Sequence record: KY794643.1
Length of the DNA: 64,000 bases
Source of the DNA: Staphylococcus phage vB_Sau_S24
Direction: 5' to 3' (one strand)
The position numbers were made by a program, and so were the translations under genes. The notes under the pieces were generated by a model. That model made no database searches, was not told the origin of the DNA, and saw nothing but the letters and a program-made list of their open reading frames with translations. Of the stretch, positions 20,175 through 29,104 are shown piece after piece. The stretch's first letter is position 1. Each line of letters starts with the position of its first letter.

Positions 20175-20273
20175 GATTAGTCCTTAACAGGGCTTTTCTT
20201 TTTACTATATACTGTTGACATTAAATAAATAATGTGTTAAGATTAATATATAATAAATTAGGAGGAGTTAATT

Positions 20274-20543
20274 ATGAAAGTATTAAACATAAAAGAAATT
20301 GTAGGAGTTAAAAGTGCACTAAATAATTTAGGGATTAACAATATTAAAAAAGAGTTTAAAGATGGTTTTTGGACTTTAAAATCTATGACTAAAAATAACT
20401 ATATAGAAATTGATAATTCTACTAATCAAGATAACTATGTGAATTTAAAATATTATGCAAGACCTGATAGTTCTTATATGTCATCTGTACAAGTAGAAAT
20501 AGATTTTTTAGAAAGCTTTTTGGGAAGACAAGTAAATTATTAA
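20274..20543 (+). CDS. hypothetical protein
   Basis: Promoter box 20215-20260; RBS taggaggag. Confidence 0.45.
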   Translation: MKVLNIKEIVGVKSALNNLGINNIKKEFKDGFWTLKSMTKNNYIEIDNSTNQDNYVNLKYYARPDSSYMSSVQVEIDFLESFLGRQVNY

Positions 20544-20571
20544 AACATAGATTTTATAAGGAGGAATAGTT

Positions 20572-20961
20572 ATGTATAGATTTTTATTGTTTAGTTATGC
20601 TGAGTATTACCCTAGTGGTGGATTGGACGATTTGATATTGCAGTTTAATACAATAGAAGAACTTAAAGAAGTAGATACTTTTGATATATCTGATTATGTT
20701 GAAGTTTATGATTTTAAAGCAGGAGAAGAAATATTTGGAGACCATTCACCAGATAGCAGGGAGCATAAAGTAGCTAAGTTAGTTTCTCAGATGGAAGAGT
20801 ATTTAAAAAACAATGCTTGGGATTTAAAAAGTCCTAAACCTGGAGTTAGAAATGAGAAAACGTTAGAAGAAATGATGGAAGATAGCCATAATAAGTTTGG
20901 TGAATTGTATAAAGGTTTAGCAGAGATTGAGAGAAAAGAAAAGGAAGATGATTTAAAATAA
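20572..20961 (+). CDS. hypothetical protein
   Basis: RBS aaggaggaat. Confidence 0.45.
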   Translation: MYRFLLFSYAEYYPSGGLDDLILQFNTIEELKEVDTFDISDYVEVYDFKAGEEIFGDHSPDSREHKVAKLVSQMEEYLKNNAWDLKSPKPGVRNEKTLEEMMEDSHNKFGELYKGLAEIERKEKEDDLK

Positions 20962-21176
20962 AAATTTTATAGGAGGAGATTTTATAAATGGGACATTACG
21001 TTGATGATACAGAACAAAGATTATTATTCCTCGAGAGGGTTGTAGCGGTATTAATAGCAGAAAAAAAGGGCGTTGAATTAGATAGTGAAGATGAAGACAT
21101 GCTTGATGAACTATTAGAAGAAAAATACTATAGATAAAAACATATTTAAAATAACCGTTTTATAGGAGGAATTATA

Positions 21177-21488
21177 ATGAATGCATTTCAAGCTAGAACG
21201 TTATCTATTGTAACTAAATTAGAAGCAAATAAAGAGTACAAAGAAATGTTACCTACACATATAAGAAGTGCTTTAGAAGATATTGATAAGAGAATTGAAT
21301 ATGAAGCTAGTGTAGGTCGTACAAAGCTAATAGTAAAAGAAGCAGATTATCCTATCCTTAACAAAGAAGCATTTAAAGATATAAAAGAAGATTTAAAGAA
21401 AAAAGGGTTTAAAGTAAAGTTTAAAACTTTTAAAAAAGACTATGGTATGGCTACACTTATCTCTGAGGGATTACTTATTAAGTGGTAA
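21177..21488 (+). CDS. hypothetical protein
   Basis: RBS taggagg. Confidence 0.45.
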   Translation: MNAFQARTLSIVTKLEANKEYKEMLPTHIRSALEDIDKRIEYEASVGRTKLIVKEADYPILNKEAFKDIKEDLKKKGFKVKFKTFKKDYGMATLISEGLLIKW

Positions 21489-21508
21489 GGAGTAAAGAGA
21501 ATAAATTA

Positions 21509-21578
21509 AAAAACTTTAACTCTATCTATTGACATAGGTAGAGTTTTACTATATACTAAGAGTATATCAAATAAGGAG
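21509..21578 (+). promoter_or_regulatory. Promoter/operator cassette (copy 2)
   Basis: Near-identical to 16533-16600. Confidence 0.55.
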
Positions 21579-21588
21579 ATGATTTGGA

Positions 21589-22680
21589 ATGAGAAAGAAA
21601 TGGACTGATAAGGATTTTAAGTTTAACAGAGGTGATATTGTAAAAGGCGTAGAGATACTGGGGTATACGTATACAAAGTTTAATGATGAGAAATATAATA
21701 AAGCTTTTTGGGTAAAAAATATAAAAGAAAATATTGTTTTTAAGATAGAACAGAATGCTATAAAGAGAAGTAAGTCTACTAACTTACTACCAAAAGGTAA
21801 ACAAGCTAGGTTATTTAATACAGTAGCTAAGAAACGTCCTGACTTAATTCCTTTTATTGTTAATAAGGAAGACCTGCAACTTCAACCAGGCTCAAATAAA
21901 AAAGTTAAAGTAAGATGCCCTATCTGCAAGAAAATAAATGAAAAACCTATGATGGTTAATGATTTAGTACGAAGCGGTTTTAATTGTAAGGACTGTACTT
22001 TACATAAATCATTTCCCCAACAAGTCATAGAAGCTTATTTATCTTTGAATGATATAGAATATATTACTGAGTATCATATTAGACATAATAATAAAAATAG
22101 ATATATAGATATTATGATTCCTAGTAAAAATATAGCTATCGAAATTCACGGTTATCAACATTACAATGATGTCGTATATTGGAAAAACACGTTAGAGCAT
22201 CATGAAATATCTACAACAATAAAGAAACAATACTGTAAAACTCACAGTATAAAACTAATAGAGATTAATGCAAAAGAGTCTAAACTACCTTATATAAAAA
22301 GAAGTGTAAGGAGCACAGAACTATCTTATATTTTATCTATATCAGATACAGAGGTAATGCAATACGTTCAGACTAATAACTACATCTTAAGAGAAATGGT
22401 AGCTATGTATAAAGAAGGTCACACATTAAAAGAAATAGGCAATAAGTTTAATATGAGCAGTTCCGGTGTAGGTAAAAGAATGACTCAGTTAGGGTTAAAG
22501 TCACGAGGAAAAAGACCTGTTAAATGTATAACTACTGGAGAAGTATTTGAAAGTGTAAGAGAAGCTAGTAGATGGGCAGGGATAAAGAATAGCGGAAACA
22601 TCTGTAATAATATATCCGGGAGAAGTAAATACGCAGGAGAACATAGAGGGGAGAAACTACAATGGGAGTATGTTGACTAA
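21589..22680 (+). CDS. free-standing homing-endonuclease-like protein (PD-(D/E)XK-like core, HTH, C-terminal NUMOD1-like motif)
   Basis: IAIEIHGYQHY resembles the restriction-endonuclease-fold E-x-K/H signature; C-terminus VFESVREASRWAGIKNSGNICNNISGRSKYAGEHRGEKLQWEY fits the NUMOD1 consensus F.S..EAar.lGi..s.I…l.G..k.aGG..W.Y; followed by a 450-bp ORF-free region. Confidence 0.55.
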   Translation: MRKKWTDKDFKFNRGDIVKGVEILGYTYTKFNDEKYNKAFWVKNIKENIVFKIEQNAIKRSKSTNLLPKGKQARLFNTVAKKRPDLIPFIVNKEDLQLQPGSNKKVKVRCPICKKINEKPMMVNDLVRSGFNCKDCTLHKSFPQQVIEAYLSLNDIEYITEYHIRHNNKNRYIDIMIPSKNIAIEIHGYQHYNDVVYWKNTLEHHEISTTIKKQYCKTHSIKLIEINAKESKLPYIKRSVRSTELSYILSISDTEVMQYVQTNNYILREMVAMYKEGHTLKEIGNKFNMSSSGVGKRMTQLGLKSRGKRPVKCITTGEVFESVREASRWAGIKNSGNICNNISGRSKYAGEHRGEKLQWEYVD

Positions 22681-23275
22681 TAAGAAACAAATAAAAACAA
22701 ATCAAAACAAATCTAAGTACCTGGGAATTCTTTTACCTCTCCCACTCAGCCTATTACTTACTACCGACTTTCCTAACTACTTATTCTATAGTTATACTAT
22801 TCATTTATTATACAATAGTAAACTATAGTATTCTACCTGTAAACTATGCTGAAGAGGTAGTAATCTATTGTTATTATATAATAAACTTATCTAATGGTAT
22901 GTTAATCTATGATGTTACACAAATATAGAAAATAGCTTAAATTTAGAAAATATATAAAACTTTCCCTAGGGGAAAAGTATATACCTATGTACTATAAAGG
23001 CTGTAGGTATGAGATTCTATATTTTAGTATTCTTATGTTACACAAATATATCCGCTTCAATTACAATTAATTGTTGACGGATATGAAGCGGTATGTTATA
23101 CTTAGTATATAAAGTTAAGAGGAGGAGTTAATTATGACTAGAGAAGAAATGGAAATGGAACAAGCTAGACAAGACTACGTAACTGCAAAAACAATCAGAA
23201 ACTTTTAATCAAAAGTATTGACATTCAATAAGTAGTATGGTAAGATTAGTATATAATCAATTAGGAGGAGAAGTA

Positions 23276-24067
23276 ATGAAATTTCATTTAAATAGTAATA
23301 TTGTAGAAGGTACACCTGAGGAGTTAGTAGAGTACTTAAGACTACTAGAAGCGGAGAGCACTGAGAATGATAAAGATAAAGATGAAGGGGAAGAAGTATA
23401 TAACGATGTATATGATAAAGGAGCTTTCTATACAGTAACTGATGAGGCTGAGGATTCAGCATTGCCTGTAGGTGCTATTCTTCAACATCAACATGGTAGA
23501 ATGTTTAGAGATTCACAAGGGAATCTATGTATTATCTCTAGACCATCTCTTTTAAATAGAGGACATGTGAATGGTGATGAAATTAAAAAACAACGTTTTG
23601 AACTAGCTAAACAATTAGGTATTCAACTAACGACTACTATAGATTTTGCTGAGGAAGCTAAAGGTAAATACTTCAAGGTAACAAAAAAGTACTCACACTT
23701 AGATGTGGGAGACCTTGTTACTATTGATTATGACGAGGAAGATACTCAACCACTATGTAGGGATAAATATGGTAACTCCCTTTATGTGTGTATACATGAC
23801 CTGGAGTTATTAGAAGATGCTCCTATGGGATATACATTTTGGTATATAGACGGAGTTTATAATCGTACCAATAATGTACTCGAAGCAACACTTGACGGAG
23901 ACTTTGAAGATTCAACAGGAACTAGGTATACTTATCAAGCTGTACATGGTTTGATAAAACCTCTTGATAAAGAAGATGCTCGTAAGCACTTTGAAGAAGC
24001 TAAGCATTATGACTGCCTATTAAAGTATTATTCTACAGTGGATGAATTTACGATGTCTAAATATTAA
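23276..24067 (+). CDS. hypothetical protein (264 aa)
   Basis: Promoter box 23218-23262; RBS taggaggag; followed by multi-hairpin terminator region. Confidence 0.5.
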   Translation: MKFHLNSNIVEGTPEELVEYLRLLEAESTENDKDKDEGEEVYNDVYDKGAFYTVTDEAEDSALPVGAILQHQHGRMFRDSQGNLCIISRPSLLNRGHVNGDEIKKQRFELAKQLGIQLTTTIDFAEEAKGKYFKVTKKYSHLDVGDLVTIDYDEEDTQPLCRDKYGNSLYVCIHDLELLEDAPMGYTFWYIDGVYNRTNNVLEATLDGDFEDSTGTRYTYQAVHGLIKPLDKEDARKHFEEAKHYDCLLKYYSTVDEFTMSKY

Positions 24068-24074
24068 TTAACAA

Positions 24075-24232
24075 TTGAAGCGGTTATCCGCTTCTCCTAC
24101 TTAGAGTATATAAGTAATTGTATATTGTAAGTAGGAGTGATTAACCTACAGACCTTTTAGACTGAGGTCGAGTCATTTTGGTTTGTTCCAAACGCCGGCA
24201 CCCTATTGGCAGATAGGGTGTTTTTTTTATTT
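24075..24232 (+). terminator. Multi-hairpin terminator region ending in CACCCTAT-tggcag-ATAGGGTG plus T8
   Basis: Three inverted repeats; last has a T-run. Confidence 0.55.
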
Positions 24233-24296
24233 ATCTGTTGACAAGTAGTAAGTAGTGTGGTAAGATTAGTATATAAATTAATTAGGAGTGGTTACA

Positions 24297-24590
24297 ATGA
24301 TTAGTATTTATTTACGTAGGGATTATAGTAAAAATAAATTAAAAGGTATCCTTAAAGAAATAAAAGGGTTTGCTCCTAGGGAGTTAACCTATGGTGTTGA
24401 CAATGTAGAAGCGGATGTTAATATTGAGGGATTATTAAGGGATGATGTAGATATATTTTATTCTTTAACATTACGTTACCCTGATGATATTAATATCCTA
24501 GTAGGAGATAGCGGGTATATGATAATGTACCAGGATGATTATCTTACAATTCCTGGGCTGAGAGTGGTTATAGAGGAGGCGTTATTATGA
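24297..24590 (+). CDS. paralog family A member
   Basis: ISIYLRRDYSKNKLKGILKEI…LTYG…EADV motif. Confidence 0.5.
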   Translation: MISIYLRRDYSKNKLKGILKEIKGFAPRELTYGVDNVEADVNIEGLLRDDVDIFYSLTLRYPDDINILVGDSGYMIMYQDDYLTIPGLRVVIEEALL

Positions 24591-24769
24591 ATAAAGTATT
24601 AGAATTTGTTATGTATTATATATTGTATTTAGTAGCAGGATTTATAGGTGTTTGTGTAGGTAATTTAGTTACAGGAGGAGATATTAATCCTTTTACCTTT
24701 TGGTTACCTTATGTATTTGCTTTAATATTTGCTATAGTAGATTATAGAAGTAGTAACAAGGAGGAATAG
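24587..24769 (+). CDS. small membrane protein
   Basis: Hydrophobic 60 aa; overlaps the previous stop. Confidence 0.4.
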   Translation: MNKVLEFVMYYILYLVAGFIGVCVGNLVTGGDINPFTFWLPYVFALIFAIVDYRSSNKEE

Positions 24770-24771
24770 AT

Positions 24772-25071
24772 ATGATAATATTATACAGAGAGAACTTCAA
24801 AAGAGATACAATGTCAGAACTGCTTACACTAATACAGGATATTAAGCCTGATTGGACTTATTCCTTTAATGATGATAGTGAAGCGGATGTAAAGGTTATA
24901 AAGCATACTGGAAGTAGTTTACCTGATACCGCAGAGGAATTAGTTGAAAGTACTGGAGGATTAGTTATATCTATAGTTGGGAATGGTTGTGTATCAGAAT
25001 GCCCTAAGGAATTTAATGCAGGTATGACTGATGTTAGAGAACATATTAGAACATACACATATGGAAAGTAA
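24772..25071 (+). CDS. paralog family A member
   Basis: MIILYRENFKRDTMSELLTLI…WTYS…EADV. Confidence 0.5.
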   Translation: MIILYRENFKRDTMSELLTLIQDIKPDWTYSFNDDSEADVKVIKHTGSSLPDTAEELVESTGGLVISIVGNGCVSECPKEFNAGMTDVREHIRTYTYGK

Positions 25072-25086
25072 TAAGGAGGAATAGAT

Positions 25087-25272
25087 ATGATAGGATTCAC
25101 AATATTAATTACAATAATAGTTATCATGACTATAGCTATGTACACTCAGGTGTTAGTAGATATGATTCAATCAATCAGATATGATAGATTTGATAAGGTA
25201 CTTAACATAGTAACGTTTATACTTATGACAGTTGTACTAGTATCAGGTATTTTAATTATGTTTGGCATTTAG
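25087..25272 (+). CDS. small membrane protein
   Basis: Hydrophobic 61 aa; RBS aaggaggaat. Confidence 0.4.
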   Translation: MIGFTILITIIVIMTIAMYTQVLVDMIQSIRYDRFDKVLNIVTFILMTVVLVSGILIMFGI

Positions 25273-25379
25273 AGCTCATTTAAGAGTATTCTAAGTAGTA
25301 GAGGATAAATTGTACTAGAAATATAATAGAAGCTCTGTATGGAAGGCTGAGAGGGCTTAGAATTGAAAGGAGAGATTTA

Positions 25380-25694
25380 ATGCAAGCAACTATATACTGT
25401 GCTAATAGGTACAGTAAAAATACATTAAAGAGTCTTTTAGAGAAATTAGAAGCGGAGAATAGAAACTTAACATATAGTACTGACATAGCAGATATGAAGG
25501 AAGTGGATGTTATTGTACAACACACTGACCTATCTTTTGCAGAGTTAATGGATTCTTGTGATAGAGTAAGTAAAGGGTCTGACCGCTTCCAAGTATTTGT
25601 AGGTAATCACGCAGGGTATTATATAAACGGTGATTTATACATTAACGAAGTAGGTAAGTTTATTGTACCTAGGAAAACTAATATGATGATGTAG
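25380..25694 (+). CDS. paralog family A member
   Basis: MQATIYCANRYSKNTLKSLLEKL…LTYS. Confidence 0.5.
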   Translation: MQATIYCANRYSKNTLKSLLEKLEAENRNLTYSTDIADMKEVDVIVQHTDLSFAELMDSCDRVSKGSDRFQVFVGNHAGYYINGDLYINEVGKFIVPRKTNMMM

Positions 25695-25707
25695 AGGGGG
25701 AGATTTA

Positions 25708-26007
25708 ATGAACATTAAGTTATCTTATACACCTGATTGTAGAAGAGGTAGTTTAAAAGATATAATACATGCAGTAGAAGACAGTAATAGAAGAACTTTA
25801 AGATACTCTGAATCCATGAGAGAAGAAGCGGATGTATACGTTATTCAAATAGATGATAGTTTTAAAAATTTACAGAAACATACAAAACAGATTTCTGAAG
25901 ATATTCCTGATACTATATTTATCGTAGTAGGTGATTATTGGGAAATATATTATCGAGGGGAAGGGTTAGGTTTAATGAGTGCACTTCCTATTATTAGAGA
26001 GGTATAA
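25708..26007 (+). CDS. paralog family A member
   Basis: MNIKLSYTPDCRRGSLKDIIHAV…LRYS…EADV. Confidence 0.5.
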   Translation: MNIKLSYTPDCRRGSLKDIIHAVEDSNRRTLRYSESMREEADVYVIQIDDSFKNLQKHTKQISEDIPDTIFIVVGDYWEIYYRGEGLGLMSALPIIREV

Positions 26008-26021
26008 AAGGAGGAGATATA

Positions 26022-26312
26022 ATGATTCATATATTTGTAGTAGAGAACTATAATAAAGAAACATTAGGGGATTTACTTGGATATATTAATACTAATGTAG
26101 ATAGGGAATTAACTTACGGTCTTAATACAGAGTATGATAAGGATATAGTAGTTGAAATAGATATGCCAATAGATGAGAAAACTGCACGTGAGTTATCAGG
26201 TATCGACACATTCAAAGGTGACTTATGTATTATTGTAGAAGAAGGTTACTGTAAGGCATTTCTGAATGGTCACCCTACTCTCATACGTACCTATGTAGAA
26301 AGGATGATATAA
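26022..26312 (+). CDS. paralog family A member
   Basis: MIHIFVVENYNKETLGDLLGYI…LTYG. Confidence 0.5.
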   Translation: MIHIFVVENYNKETLGDLLGYINTNVDRELTYGLNTEYDKDIVVEIDMPIDEKTARELSGIDTFKGDLCIIVEEGYCKAFLNGHPTLIRTYVERMI

Positions 26313-26599
26313 TGATTAAAATATTTATCGGGAAGCGGGATTATAAATATACTTTAGAAGCGGTATTGAGGTTTATTAAAAATAAGTCTGAAAGAGAGTT
26401 TACCTATAGTACAAGTGATATGGTTGGTGTAGATGTATATGTATACGTAACTGAGTTATTTAGTAGTAGTCGTATTAGAGAGCACTCAGAAGAATTACCA
26501 CAGGATATAATTGTACATATTGCAGACGGTTTAGGTATATATGTAGATGGTGAGATAGTGTCTATTGATGAACTTGAAGATTATATAGAGAGGATGTAA
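26312..26599 (+). CDS. paralog family A member
   Basis: MIKIFIGKRDYKYTLEAVLRFI…FTYS. Confidence 0.5.
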   Translation: MIKIFIGKRDYKYTLEAVLRFIKNKSEREFTYSTSDMVGVDVYVYVTELFSSSRIREHSEELPQDIIVHIADGLGIYVDGEIVSIDELEDYIERM

Positions 26600-26602
26600 T
26601 GG

Positions 26603-26854
26603 ATGTATTCAAATAGTGTTTATAAGATACCTAAGTATAACGTATATCATAATCCATCTAAGAAAATAATAAAAGAAGATATTGATATAAGAGAATTAGT
26701 TCATTTATTATTTACTATGCACGAAAAAAACATTATAAAGGTATACCCTATGGATTATGGTCTTTCTCTTTTAACTATTCATGTACAGGAATTAATTAAG
26801 GATGTTGAAGCGGAAGGAAATATAATTATCAATAGAACAATATCGAGTATATAG
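26603..26854 (+). CDS. paralog family B member
   Basis: Y.VYH…KVYP.DY motif shared with 26933 and 27194. Confidence 0.45.
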   Translation: MYSNSVYKIPKYNVYHNPSKKIIKEDIDIRELVHLLFTMHEKNIIKVYPMDYGLSLLTIHVQELIKDVEAEGNIIINRTISSI

Positions 26855-26925
26855 GATAGGATAGGATAGGATAGGATGAAAATAACTTAGGATGCTTAGG
26901 ATGAAATACGATAAGATAGGAGGAT
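26853..26925. repeat. (GGATAG)4 microsatellite followed by TTAGGATG x2
   Basis: Direct reading: ggataggataggataggatagg. Confidence 0.7.
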
Positions 26926-26932
26926 GTAATAA

Positions 26933-27181
26933 ATGTTTAATGTATATTATACAGTTTACCATAGACAAAGTATGAAGACGATTAAAGATTATTTAAGTAG
27001 GAGTGATTTAATTGAATTCTTATATGAGACTTGGAATAAGGATATAAGTAAGGTATACCCAACAGATTATACTACGTATGAAACAAAATTCTGTATAGAC
27101 ATAGACCTAGATAGATTAATTGAAGCGGTTAATGAAGAAGGTATACTACTTATCAACCGTGGTTATGATGCAGAGTTGTAG
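26933..27181 (+). CDS. paralog family B member
   Basis: MFNVYYTVYHRQS…KVYPTDY. Confidence 0.45.
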   Translation: MFNVYYTVYHRQSMKTIKDYLSRSDLIEFLYETWNKDISKVYPTDYTTYETKFCIDIDLDRLIEAVNEEGILLINRGYDAEL

Positions 27182-27193
27182 GAGGAGATAAAT

Positions 27194-27430
27194 ATGAATC
27201 AGTTTTTCACGTATACAGTGTATCATCAAGAATCAGGTAAAGTAGTAGCTAAGGATTTGTTTGATGCATCATTGGTGCACCTTATTAACAAGATGATAGA
27301 GGAAGATTTAGTTAAGGATATAGAATTATCTGACTATAGTATTTCTAATGGGGATATAGCTGTACTTAGTCTAATAAAGGCTATAGAATCACAAGGTGTA
27401 TTTCTATTCAAACGTAAGATACATGGATAG
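27194..27430 (+). CDS. paralog family B member
   Basis: MNQFFTYTVYHQESGK…. Confidence 0.45.
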   Translation: MNQFFTYTVYHQESGKVVAKDLFDASLVHLINKMIEEDLVKDIELSDYSISNGDIAVLSLIKAIESQGVFLFKRKIHG

Positions 27431-27439
27431 GATGTTGAC

Positions 27440-27600
27440 AAATCGTAGAGAGGGCTTAAGTAGTCCTCTCTTATTTAGGTTAGAATGTTGACTAAGTAGC
27501 TCCCTTGTTTTTAGGTTAGAATGTTGTCTAAGTAGTTCCCTGTATTTACAAGTAGCTCTCGATTTTTTGATATAGTTGTAAGTAGCTCCCTCTTATTTCC
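27440..27600. repeat. Five degenerate tandem repeats of about 30-36 bp with core (TTGAC)TAAGTAGCTCCC
   Basis: Visible direct repeats; first unit overlaps the terminator hairpin GAGAGG…CCTCTC. Confidence 0.6.
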
Positions 27601-27680
27601 CCTAGTTTATCCCAACCGCTTCAAGCAGACCGCAAAAAGAATCCCCAGGAATTATATTCCCAGGGATTTCTATAATTTTT

Positions 27681-28019
27681 TTATAGAATATTTATAACAT
27701 TATATTCAAATTGATTTACTTCATGTTTTGATTTAATTAAATTTTTAATTAATCCATTTTGTGTTTTGTACGATTTAATTAACTTTTCATTTTCTATAAT
27801 TAAATTATTGAATTCTTTTTCTGTTGTTTCTTCATCTACATAAAATCTACTTTCATATATTTCATAATATTTTTTATCTGTACCACAATCTAAATCATCT
27901 GAAATTTGATAATTTTTGAATACAATTTCAGTAGATTCTAATTCATTTTGAATTAATTCTGTTTTTGCATATTGTAACACGTCTTCATTTTCCCACATTG
28001 GAATATAGTTTATTTTCAT
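27681..28019 (-). CDS. hypothetical protein on opposite strand of the early block
   Basis: 112-aa ORF; imperfect hairpin at about 28095-28125 downstream of the gene start, so unlikely to be its terminator. Confidence 0.4.
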   Translation of the reverse strand: MKINYIPMWENEDVLQYAKTELIQNELESTEIVFKNYQISDDLDCGTDKKYYEIYESRFYVDEETTEKEFNNLIIENEKLIKSYKTQNGLIKNLIKSKHEVNQFEYNVINIL

Positions 28020-28330
28020 TTAAATCAAATCCTTTTCTTATAATTTTTTTATATAATTTCTGTAGAAACGGTTGGGGGTTTGTCCCTTGCCTTACTACAC
28101 TTAATATATTACAGTATAGTTATTCAGAAGTCAATACTTTTGAATAACTTTTTTTAAATTCTTTTTTCTTCCATATAATAGTAGTTTTTAGCCCTAAAAA
28201 TGTTTTTAAATAAATTTTAAAAAACCTATTGACTTATTAATCATATGGTAGTAATATAAAGGTACAGCAAGGGAACAGCAACAAGATATTAGAATTATAT
28301 AAAAAAATTATTTAATTGGAGCTGATTTAA

Positions 28331-28639
28331 ATGGAAATAAAAGAAATTGCAGATGCTATTATGGAGTTGTGGCAGATGGACGGGTACAAATGTTCAGAAC
28401 CTCCACTATATGAAAGCACAATCAATCACACACGCAAATATACGGCTTTAATCGTTTCTATTAAAGGAAACTATGAAACTGTTCAGATGTTCCGTAAAAC
28501 GCCTTTAATGAGCTTGAGAGGGCAAAGCCAACCGGCTAGCATGTTGGTTAATGTAATTGAAGATGTGATTATAATCGTATATGAAAATACGGTTTACGGT
28601 GTGAAAGATAAAGAAATAAAATTTATTGAAGAAATTTAA
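28331..28639 (+). CDS. early small protein
   Basis: Promoter TTGACT-N17-TAATAT at about 28237-28265. Confidence 0.45.
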   Translation: MEIKEIADAIMELWQMDGYKCSEPPLYESTINHTRKYTALIVSIKGNYETVQMFRKTPLMSLRGQSQPASMLVNVIEDVIIIVYENTVYGVKDKEIKFIEEI

Positions 28640-28737
28640 AAATAGGGGTTGCAATACCCCTTAAGATGTAGTAATATAATAGATGTAAGGGATAGCAACA
28701 CACCTTAAAAACTTTTTTAAAAAGTTAAAGAAAAGTG

Positions 28738-28766
28738 TTGACAACTTACAAGATACATGTTATTAT
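28738..28766 (+). promoter_or_regulatory. Early promoter TTGACA-N17-TATTAT
   Basis: Consensus hexamers; repeated cassette also at 30587, 30969, 31064, 32872. Confidence 0.55.
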
Positions 28767-28843
28767 TAAGATAACAAATAAGACAAGCCACATAGCAAAT
28801 AACGAAATTAAATAAAAAAATTATAGAATAGGATTTGATTATT

Positions 28844-29104
28844 ATGACAAACACAAACAAACAATTTAAAAGATTTGAAGATATGGTAGCAGACAAATTG
28901 GAAATTTTGAAAAATGTTGATATTGATAATATTGAAGAATTTGAATATAATGAAATTATGGGGGTTACGATTGAATTAACTACAATGATTTTTACAACAA
29001 AGGAATTAACAGAAATTACAGAATCAGAAATTGAACAACATATTAAAAATGAAATTGGATTGACTATTGACGATTTACAACAATTAGAAAATAGTTTTTA
29101 CTAA
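28844..29104 (+). CDS. early small acidic protein
   Basis: Promoter 28738-28766; conserved UTR aggatttgattattATG. Confidence 0.45.
   Translation: MTNTNKQFKRFEDMVADKLEILKNVDIDNIEEFEYNEIMGVTIELTTMIFTTKELTEITESEIEQHIKNEIGLTIDDLQQLENSFY

Noticed and set aside
23205-25525. Minus-strand ORFs 23205..23462, 24858..25145, 25280..25525
   Set aside because: Antisense to promoter boxes or plus-strand paralog genes.
26853-27600. Possible CRISPR array suggested by the direct repeats
   Set aside because: Repeat units are 6 bp or degenerate 30-36 bp without unique spacers of regular length, and there is no cas gene; not a CRISPR.
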